Source of the DNA: a virus
Lineage: Duplodnaviria > Caudoviricetes
Length of the DNA stretch: 25,725 nt
Strand: one strand, 5' to 3'
IMG/VR virus record: IMGVR_UViG_3300030606_000042
Location: 1-25,725 of that record
The notes beneath the pieces are model-generated. The model was given only the letters and a program-made list of their open reading frames with translations, was not told the origin of the DNA and searched no databases. Of this stretch, positions 8,725 through 15,549 are shown piece by piece. The translations under genes were made by a program, and so were the position numbers. Each line of letters starts with the position of its first letter. Position 1 is the stretch's first letter.

Positions 8725-9428
8725 CGGTCGCCTGCGTGCTGCGCGCCCGCCCCGGGCTGGGATCCGGGGTCTACGGTCCGGCCGACGTCGCCCGGCTGCG
8801 CGTCGCGGTTGCCCAGCACCTGCCGGGCGCGGCGTTCGTCTCCCTGTCGGACGTCGAGGTCGAGGCACCGCGCATCCCGCTGGCTCACGACTGGCCGGGC
8901 TGGTGGGCGAAGATGGAGCTGTTCCGTCCCGACATCGACGGCGACCTGCTCTACTTCGACCTCGACACCATCGTCTGCGGCGGCCTCGAGGGCTTCGCCG
9001 CCGCCCGCCGGCTGACCATGCTGTCGGACTTCTACTGGCCGGAGCGGATCGCGTCGGGCGTCATGTTCCTTCCCGAGGCCGCCCGGGCGCGGGTGTGGGA
9101 CGCCTGGATCGCCGACCCGGCCGGCCATATCCGCGACTGCGAGCGCTTCGACGACCGCCGGGCGATCGGCGATCAGAAATTCCTCGGCCGTGTCCTCGGC
9201 CATGATGTCGACCGCTGGCAGGATCTCGTGCCCGGCCAGGTGGTGAGCTGGAAGGTGCATGTCCGCCGCGCCCAGGGGTCGCGCGAAACCGGCTGCGGGG
9301 CGGTGCCGGCCGGCGCCCGGGTGGTGTGCTTTCATGGCCGGCCCCGGCCGGCGGACATCGGCTGGCAGCTGCCCCCGGGTCCCGTGGATCAGGTCCGCCC
9401 GGGGCCGGCGGCGCAGACGGCCGCCTGA
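8715..9428 (+). CDS. GT-A fold glycosyltransferase (GT8-like)
   Basis: WWAKMELF, DxD motif LYFDLDT, ASGVM, GDQ and VCFHGRPRP. Overlaps the genes on both sides. Confidence 0.8.
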   Translation: MSVTVACVLRARPGLGSGVYGPADVARLRVAVAQHLPGAAFVSLSDVEVEAPRIPLAHDWPGWWAKMELFRPDIDGDLLYFDLDTIVCGGLEGFAAARRLTMLSDFYWPERIASGVMFLPEAARARVWDAWIADPAGHIRDCERFDDRRAIGDQKFLGRVLGHDVDRWQDLVPGQVVSWKVHVRRAQGSRETGCGAVPAGARVVCFHGRPRPADIGWQLPPGPVDQVRPGPAAQTAA

Positions 9429-10078
9429 TGCGGGCGAGACGCCGCCCGGCGGTCGTTCCCGCATCAGGCCCGGCGATCGACTGGGCGGCCCGGCCGGTGC
9501 TGCTGGTCGGCGGCGGGCCGTCGGCGGGGACCATCGACATCGACCGAGCGCGCGGCCGGCTGACCGTGGTGGCGATCAACGACAGCGCCCGGGCGCTGCC
9601 CTGGGCCGACGCGCTGTTCACCGCCGACGTGTTCTGGCTGCGCCGGCGCCGGGAGATGGCGCGCTATTTCGCCGGCGCCCGAATCGTCGCCGCGCCAGCG
9701 GGTTGCAAGCTGCCGTGGATCGGCCGGCTCGACCGGATCGAGCGCAGGGATGCCTGCGGCCTGCCGGACGACCCCAACGTGTCCCATGCCGGCAATTCGG
9801 GCCGGGGGGCGCTCACCCATGCGGTGGCGGCCGGCGCCATCAGGATCGCCCTTGTCGGCTACGACATGACCGGGCCGGGGCACTGGCACGGCGGCTACGA
9901 GTGGACGTGCCGCTTCGGAGTGCGCGACTACCCGGACTGGGCGGCGGAGATGACCGCCTTCGCCGGCGACATCGCCGCCCGCGGCGTGTCCGTGGTCAAC
10001 CTCAATCCGGCGTCGGCGATCCGCTGTTTCGGCTTCGCGACCCTCGATGCCGTGCTGGACGGGAGCGCATGGGACTGA
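9428..10078 (+). CDS. Maf/DUF115- or sialyltransferase-fold protein, paralogue 2
   Basis: TGATG overlap. Motifs LLVGGGPS, VVAINDS, LFTAD..W, GNSGRGAL..A...GA.RIALVGYDM..GHWHG and VVNLNPASAIRCF. Confidence 0.75.
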   Translation: MRARRRPAVVPASGPAIDWAARPVLLVGGGPSAGTIDIDRARGRLTVVAINDSARALPWADALFTADVFWLRRRREMARYFAGARIVAAPAGCKLPWIGRLDRIERRDACGLPDDPNVSHAGNSGRGALTHAVAAGAIRIALVGYDMTGPGHWHGGYEWTCRFGVRDYPDWAAEMTAFAGDIAARGVSVVNLNPASAIRCFGFATLDAVLDGSAWD

Positions 10079-10788
10079 ACCAAGGCGACATGACCCGGCA
10101 TGGAGATGTCTGGCTGCCGAAGGGTGACGCGCACATGGCCGACCAGGTCCGCCGCTCGCGCCGCGCCGCCGGCCGGTCGTCCTACCAGCTGGCGAAGCTC
10201 GAGGCCGCGATCGCGGAGGTCCGGGACTTCCGCCTGGCGCTCGACATCGGGGCTCATGTCGGCCTGTGGTCGATGCACCTGGCGCAGCATTTCGACCAGG
10301 TCGTGGCCTTCGAGCCGGTGCCGCTCCATGCGGCTTGCTTCCTGCGCAATCTCGACGGGCCTGACTATGACCACGTCACCCTAGCCGAGGGCGCGCTCGG
10401 CGATGTCAACGGCGAGTGCGCCGTGACGACGCCGCGAGCGGTCAATTCCGGCGAGAGCCTGGTGGCGATCGACGGAGAATCCGGCGTCGTCGCGCCGGTC
10501 GCCCGGCTCGACGACCTCTATGCCGAGCTGGTGGGCGAGTGTGCGGTCGACCTGGTCAAGATCGACTGCGAGGGCTACGAGGCCAAGGTGCTCGCCGGTG
10601 CGGAAGCGACGATCCGCCGGGACCGGCCGGTGGTGATCGTCGAGCAGCACGACCCCCATGCGGCGCGCTATGGCCTCGCCCCCAAGGCCGGCCGCGACCT
10701 GCTCATCGCGTGGGGCTACCGGGTCGCCAAGGTCATGCACGAGGATTTCATCATGGTGCCCCCCGATCATGTCGGGGGCAGGCTATGA
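10069..10788 (+). CDS. FkbM-family SAM-dependent methyltransferase
   Basis: ALDIGAHVGLWS, VAFEPVP, NSGES, RLDD, KIDCEGYE..VL.GA..TI.RDRPVVIVE. ATG 10069 follows GGGAG. Confidence 0.9.
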   Translation: MGLNQGDMTRHGDVWLPKGDAHMADQVRRSRRAAGRSSYQLAKLEAAIAEVRDFRLALDIGAHVGLWSMHLAQHFDQVVAFEPVPLHAACFLRNLDGPDYDHVTLAEGALGDVNGECAVTTPRAVNSGESLVAIDGESGVVAPVARLDDLYAELVGECAVDLVKIDCEGYEAKVLAGAEATIRRDRPVVIVEQHDPHAARYGLAPKAGRDLLIAWGYRVAKVMHEDFIMVPPDHVGGRL

Positions 10789-11375
10789 GCGAACTCGACG
10801 ACATGATGGCGCACGCCGTGCGCGCCGCCGGCCGCGGCGCCGTCGTGGTGGCGCACCCGGACGACGAGTCGCTGTGGTGCGGCGGCCTGATCGCTCGCTA
10901 TCTCCTCGTCGACTGGACCGTCATCTGCTGCTCGATCCCGGTGCGCGACCCGGTGCGGGCGTGGAAGTTCTTCAATGCCTGCGAGCGGCTCGGGGCCACC
11001 GCCCGCCTGCTGCCCTTCGTTGAGGATCCGCGCGGCCAGCTGCAGGGCCTCGAGCACCTGAGCCTGAGCGGCTTCGAGGTCGTCGTCAGCCACGGCGAGG
11101 CAGGGGAGTACGGACACCCGCATCACGTCCAGGTGCATCACGCGGTACGAGCGCGGGCCGCCGGGCGGATGCTGGCGATCGGCGCGCGCCCCGGAGGGGC
11201 AGGCTCGCTCACCATGCAGCTCCGCGCCGACGAGCTCGAAATCAAGGTCGGGGCGCTCAGGGCCTACGACCACGTCCTGCCCTACGAGGGCCGCCCGATG
11301 ACCAAGTGGGAGGCGCTGATCGCGCGCTACGCCACCGACTATCCGCTGGAGGTCGAGACCTATGACCGGATTTAA
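10785..11375 (+). CDS. PIG-L/LmbE-family N-acetylsugar deacetylase
   Basis: Zn-binding motifs VAHPDDE and SHGEAGEYGHPHH. ATGA overlap with the FkbM gene. Confidence 0.88.
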   Translation: MSELDDMMAHAVRAAGRGAVVVAHPDDESLWCGGLIARYLLVDWTVICCSIPVRDPVRAWKFFNACERLGATARLLPFVEDPRGQLQGLEHLSLSGFEVVVSHGEAGEYGHPHHVQVHHAVRARAAGRMLAIGARPGGAGSLTMQLRADELEIKVGALRAYDHVLPYEGRPMTKWEALIARYATDYPLEVETYDRI

Positions 11376-12384
11376 CGGCCTCGCCGTCGACATGGGCGAA
11401 TACCAGACGGCGGCGCGGATGGCCGCCAAGCGCCACGCCGTGCCGTTGCCCGATCTCGCCGGCAGGGCGGTCCTCGACGTCGGTTGCGATCATGGCTACT
11501 GGTCGTTCCTCGCGGCGGGGCTGGGCGCGGGCCCGGTGCTCGGCCTCGACCGCAATCGTGTCGTCAGGGGCAAGGGCCCGCTCAACCTGGTGGCGATCAA
11601 CCGCGAACGCGCCAGGTCCGATTTCCGCTATCGCGCCTGTCGCTTCGAGCAGGTCGATCTGGGCCGGCAGTGGCACGAGTTCGGCCTCTTCGACGTCGTG
11701 CTCTGCCTGTCGGTCTACCATCACATCTACGAGAACTGCGGCGACCATCGCGCGGTGTGGACCTGGCTGGCGCAGCATACCGTCAGCGGCGGCGTCGTCC
11801 TGTGGGAGGGGCCGGTCGACGATACCGATTCCGTGGTGCAGCGCAACGTCTCGAATGCCAACCGCCCGGGCTACAGCCGCGCGGCCATCCTCGCCGCGGC
11901 CGCGCCCTGGTTTGCCGCAGAACGGATCGGCCCGGCTCTCCACGAGCCGACCCGCGAGGTCTGGCGCTTCACGCGCGTCGCCGCCGCGCCCCTGTCCTGG
12001 ACCGCGACGCTCAAGCCCGGCGCCGGCGGCGCTGCCCCGGCCTTCGAGCATGCCGGAGGCCGGCGGATCCGCGAGCTCGCCGCCGTGCTGGGCTGGCCGC
12101 CTCATCCCGGCTCACTCAACCTGGCGCTCGACCGGCCGTTCGCCTGGGACCGCGGCTATGTGCGCGCCCAGCTCCTCGACGTGGTCGACCGCAAGGCCGG
12201 CCTCGGATCACCCTGGGCGCCGCGCTGGGCGCGGCTTTACCCGGTGACCATCGCCGGCCATCCGGCCCACGCCTTGCGCTTCGAGGGCGAGCGCTATCCG
12301 GAGACCTTTGTCGAGCTGATCGCGCCGGTGCGCCTGCGCGACCTCGTCCAGGAGGGGACGGCATGCCTGGCGCCTCAATTCTGA
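11362..12384 (+). CDS. Class I SAM methyltransferase fused to CTP-dependent riboflavin kinase-like (DUF120/RibK) domain
   Basis: N-terminal VLDVGCDHGYWS and FDVVLCLSVYHHI. C-terminal PGAGGA, LGWPPHPGSLNL, LYPVTI and FVELIAPVRLRD resemble archaeal RibK motifs (GxGEG, GFxPYPGTLN, EIIAPxxLR). Confidence 0.75.
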   Translation: MTGFNGLAVDMGEYQTAARMAAKRHAVPLPDLAGRAVLDVGCDHGYWSFLAAGLGAGPVLGLDRNRVVRGKGPLNLVAINRERARSDFRYRACRFEQVDLGRQWHEFGLFDVVLCLSVYHHIYENCGDHRAVWTWLAQHTVSGGVVLWEGPVDDTDSVVQRNVSNANRPGYSRAAILAAAAPWFAAERIGPALHEPTREVWRFTRVAAAPLSWTATLKPGAGGAAPAFEHAGGRRIRELAAVLGWPPHPGSLNLALDRPFAWDRGYVRAQLLDVVDRKAGLGSPWAPRWARLYPVTIAGHPAHALRFEGERYPETFVELIAPVRLRDLVQEGTACLAPQF

Positions 12385-12857
12385 GCGTGGGCGACGCGGC
12401 GGCGTGGACCGGCCATGCCGACCTGGTACTGACCAACCCCTACGGACCGCTGCCGGCCTGCCTGCACGCCGTGCCGGCGATCGTCTCCAACTTCGCCGAG
12501 CGCAAGGCGCGGTGCGAGGCCTGGATCGGCGGCCGGCCGCTCCTGGAGGTGTCGGCCTGGGGGGAGGGCATGCGCAACCGGGTCTGGGTCGCCGGGCTGG
12601 CGGTGCTCGACCTCGATCTGACCGACCTCACCGAGGACCACGACGGCCTCGACGCCGCCCACGGCTGGTTCCCGCTGGCCCTGCCGATGCGCCTGCTCGC
12701 CGCCTACGGCCAGCCCGGCTGGACCGTCTGGGACGGCTTCATGGGCCGCGGCACCACCGGCCGCGCGGCGCTGGAGCTGGGCATGACCTTCGTCGGCATC
12801 GACCGGGATCCCGCACGCGTGGCTCTCGCCACAGGCTACGTCGCGGGCCGCTCATGA
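12363..12857 (+). CDS. Short beta-class amino (N4/N6)-methyltransferase-like protein
   Basis: GDA..., DLVLTNPY (motif IV variant), WFPLALPMRLL, VWDGFMGRGTTGRAALELGMTFVGID (motif I). Only 164 aa. RBS GGAGGGG. Confidence 0.75.
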   Translation: MPGASILSVGDAAAWTGHADLVLTNPYGPLPACLHAVPAIVSNFAERKARCEAWIGGRPLLEVSAWGEGMRNRVWVAGLAVLDLDLTDLTEDHDGLDAAHGWFPLALPMRLLAAYGQPGWTVWDGFMGRGTTGRAALELGMTFVGIDRDPARVALATGYVAGRS

Positions 12858-13228
12858 CCGTCGACTATGCCGCCAGCCTGTACGACCCGATCTACGAGCG
12901 GCTCGGCGTGGCGGCGGTGATCGAGATCGCCGGGCTGACCGCACCGGTCGACGTCACGGTGATCGACAAGTCCCGCTCGCACGAGCTGTTCACGGCCGTG
13001 GGCCGCGACCTCGCCCAGCGGCCGGCCGTGCGCGGCCTGCGCGCCGCGGCGACCGTGCGGGTGCCGGAGCTGACGGCCCGCGGCGTCAGTCGCGAGGACC
13101 TGCGCGACGCCCTGATCACCTTCAATGAGCAGACCTGGGTCATCAAGGTCACCGATTCGAGGCCGGCCCCGACCGGCGAGGCGGCGGGCGAGCTGCTGCT
13201 GCTGCTGACCGAATCCGCCGGAGACTGA
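12854..13228 (+). CDS. Head-tail joining/closure protein (gpFII-like)
   Basis: ATGA overlap, 124 aa, beta-rich (VTVID, ATVRV, LITFNEQTWVI). First structural gene after the cassette. Confidence 0.65.
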   Translation: MTVDYAASLYDPIYERLGVAAVIEIAGLTAPVDVTVIDKSRSHELFTAVGRDLAQRPAVRGLRAAATVRVPELTARGVSREDLRDALITFNEQTWVIKVTDSRPAPTGEAAGELLLLLTESAGD

Positions 13229-13231
13229 GCC

Positions 13232-13675
13232 ATGGACGATCCGCGCGAACAGATCATGGCCCGCCTCGCGGCCCTCGCCGGCGCTCTCGCCGGCATCGCC
13301 AACCTGTTCCGCAACGAGATCGTCACCGACGAGACCATGCTGCCGGCGATCTGCCTGATGGAGGGCGACGAGGAGGCCGACGACGCCGACCCGGCCGGCC
13401 GGCCGCAGACAGCCCCGCGGCGGGTGACCATGCAGCCTCAGCTGGTGATCGCCGCCGGGGGCGAGGCCGCGGCCCTCGGGCCGGCGCTCAACGCCTGGCG
13501 CGCCGCCCTGATCAAGGCGGTGCTGACCGATGCCACGCTGGCCGCCCTCAGCCACCAGGGCCGGGGCGTCCGCTACGACGGCATGGCGACCGATCTGGGG
13601 CTCGGCCGCACCCAGGAGGGCCAGATGGCCCTCATGTTCTCGATCACCTACATGCTGCGCCCGCTGGATCTCTGA
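13232..13675 (+). CDS. Tail terminator/completion protein (gpU-like)
   Basis: REQIMARL, FRN, LPAICLMEGDE and D.TL..L motifs, and position directly before the tail tube. Confidence 0.7.
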   Translation: MDDPREQIMARLAALAGALAGIANLFRNEIVTDETMLPAICLMEGDEEADDADPAGRPQTAPRRVTMQPQLVIAAGGEAAALGPALNAWRAALIKAVLTDATLAALSHQGRGVRYDGMATDLGLGRTQEGQMALMFSITYMLRPLDL

Positions 13676-13684
13676 TTTCGCTCA

Positions 13685-13703
13685 CCCCCGGTCAGGTCCG
13701 GGG
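13685..13703. repeat. Degenerate REP-like hairpin copy
   Basis: CCCCCGGTCAGGTCCGGGG in the intergenic gap before the tail tube gene. Confidence 0.6.
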
Positions 13704-13761
13704 TCCGCTGCGTTCCCTCGCATTTTCAGCTCAAACCCCGAAGGCAAAGGAGATATCCGCC

Positions 13762-14274
13762 ATGCCGGTCTCACCCAATCCGCTCAACTATTTCGAAGGC
13801 AAGGGCAATCTCTATTTCACGCCCACCGGCGGCGTCGAGCGCCATGTCGGCAACTGCCCGTCCTTCGTGACCACCCCGGTGTTCGAGACCCGCGAGCACT
13901 TCTCCTCGATGGAGGGCATCCGGGCGGTCGACCGCGAAGTCACCGTCCAGGCCGGTCTCAACTTCGCCATCGACCTCGAGGAGATCACGATCGACAACCT
14001 CGCCCTGTTCTACTTCGGCGAGGTCGAGACCAATTCCGACGGCAACCTGCAGTTCGGCATCCTCGACATCACCACCATCACCGGCGCTTTGCGCTTCACC
14101 GGCGCCAACACCATCGGTGCGCGCTACGAGGTCGTCATCCCGAGCGTTTCGATGATTCCGTCGGGCGACTTCGACTGGATCAGCGACGACTGGGCCCGCT
14201 GCCAGCTGACCGGCAAGTCGCTGATCACCGGCGGCGTGTTCGGCACCGTCGAGCGCCTGGCGGACGGCGCCTGA
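13762..14274 (+). CDS. Major tail tube protein
   Basis: Strong RBS AAAGGAG. Motifs NYFEGKGNLYF, HVGNCPSF, EHFSSMEG, LEEITIDNLALF and GALRFTGAN. Precedes the G/T chaperones. Confidence 0.85.
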   Translation: MPVSPNPLNYFEGKGNLYFTPTGGVERHVGNCPSFVTTPVFETREHFSSMEGIRAVDREVTVQAGLNFAIDLEEITIDNLALFYFGEVETNSDGNLQFGILDITTITGALRFTGANTIGARYEVVIPSVSMIPSGDFDWISDDWARCQLTGKSLITGGVFGTVERLADGA

Positions 14275-14726
14275 TGGCCAACCCGTTCCTCGACATCGCG
14301 CCCCTCACCCGGACCGTCCAGGTGAGGGGCAAGGCGGTCACCGTGCACGGGGCCTCGCTCGCCTTCGTGGTCGGGCGGATCATGGCCGAGACCGACCTGG
14401 TCAAGGCCGGGCTCGCCGGCGCCCTCGATCCCGTGGCGCTGGTCGCGGCGCTCACCCGGTCGCTGCCCGAGCTGATCGCCGCCGGCGTCGGCATGGCCGG
14501 GGACACGGAGACCATCGTCTCGGCGGCCGACCTGACGATCGGCGAGCAGTGGGATCTCGCCGAGGCGATCGTGGCGCTGACCGCGCCGGAGGGCTTCGGC
14601 CCTTTCGTCGAGAGGCTCGAGCGCCTGCTCGCCCAGGTCGAGGCGGTCAAGGGCGCGTCCGGCCCGGCCGTCCCGCCGCCGAAGCCGGGTGGCAAGCGGG
14701 TGCCGCCGAAGCCGTCGAAGCGCTGA
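14274..14726 (+). CDS. Tail assembly chaperone (gpG-like)
   Basis: TGATG overlap with the tube gene, 150 aa, contains the slippery heptamer CCCTTTC at 14600-14606. Confidence 0.8.
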   Translation: MANPFLDIAPLTRTVQVRGKAVTVHGASLAFVVGRIMAETDLVKAGLAGALDPVALVAALTRSLPELIAAGVGMAGDTETIVSAADLTIGEQWDLAEAIVALTAPEGFGPFVERLERLLAQVEAVKGASGPAVPPPKPGGKRVPPKPSKR

Positions 14727-14926
14727 TCGCGGCCGGCCATCCGCCGGCGGCGGTCTGGGCCTATACCCCGCGCCAGGCTTTCGCCTTCCACCGCCTGGCC
14801 ATGCGCCGCACCAAGAAGGCGACGATCGAGGCGATGACCGTCGCCCTCAACGCCGCCCATGGCGATCCGAAGAAGGTGGAACGGATCATCGCCGACCTGA
14901 CCGAAGAGCTCGAGGACGACGACTGA
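14600..14926 (+). CDS. gpT-like -1 frame extension (gpGT, about 217 aa fusion from 14274)
   Basis: The -1 frame is open from the slip site to TGA 14926 and encodes EALIAAGHPPAAVWAYTPRQ...LNAAHGDPKKV. Its stop overlaps the next ATG. Confidence 0.75.
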   Translation, partial: PFRREARAPARPGRGGQGRVRPGRPAAEAGWQAGAAEAVEALIAAGHPPAAVWAYTPRQAFAFHRLAMRRTKKATIEAMTVALNAAHGDPKKVERIIADLTEELEDDD

Positions 14927-15549
14927 TGGCGCTCCGCCTGTTCCTGGCCGCGACCAAGGGCGAGTTCCGGGCCGCGATAACCGAGAAGTACCGGCCGGTG
15001 GCCCGGGCGGCGACCGCCGCCATGCACGAGGCTGCAGTGCGGCTCAAGAGCGGGGCGCGGGCCGAGATCGCCAAGGCCGGGTTCTCGCAGCGCTGGCAGA
15101 ACACCCTGCGGGTCGAGGTCTACCCGAAGGGCCGGCCGTCGATCAATGCCGCCGCTTTCTTGTGGCACAAGATCGGCTATGCCGGAATATTCGAGACCGG
15201 CGGCACGATCATCGGCAAGCCCTACCTGTGGCTGCCGACGCCGGCGGCGCCGAAGGGCTACCGGACTCCGGCGGTGTTTCAGCAGAAGGTGGCCCCGCTG
15301 GTGTTCACCAGGAGCCGGGCCGGCCGCCCGATGCTGGTTGCCAAGGCGCGGTCGGACAAGGCCGCCTCGACCAGCCTCGGCGCCTTCCGGCGCGGGACGA
15401 CCGCCGGGCGCGGCACGGTGCGCTCGGTGGTGGTGTTCGTTGGCCATAAGAAGGTGGATATCCCGAAGAAATTTAACGTCGCCGGCGTGGCCGAGCGGGT
15501 CACCGCGCTGCTGTCGCTGCTCTACTTCAAGAATTTCCGGGACGACTAG
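14926..15549 (+). CDS. DUF6441-like basic neck/tail completion protein (gpZ / HK97 gp10-like)
   Basis: TGATG overlap, 207 aa, basic. Motifs RAEIAKAGFSQRWQNTLRVEVYPKG, IFETGGTI and YLWLP. Confidence 0.65.
   Translation: MALRLFLAATKGEFRAAITEKYRPVARAATAAMHEAAVRLKSGARAEIAKAGFSQRWQNTLRVEVYPKGRPSINAAAFLWHKIGYAGIFETGGTIIGKPYLWLPTPAAPKGYRTPAVFQQKVAPLVFTRSRAGRPMLVAKARSDKAASTSLGAFRRGTTAGRGTVRSVVVFVGHKKVDIPKKFNVAGVAERVTALLSLLYFKNFRDD

Noticed and set aside
12363-12857. Restriction-modification or other defence system
   Set aside because: No nuclease or defence-type partner nearby. The methyltransferase-like ORF is short and coupled to sugar-modifying and structural genes.
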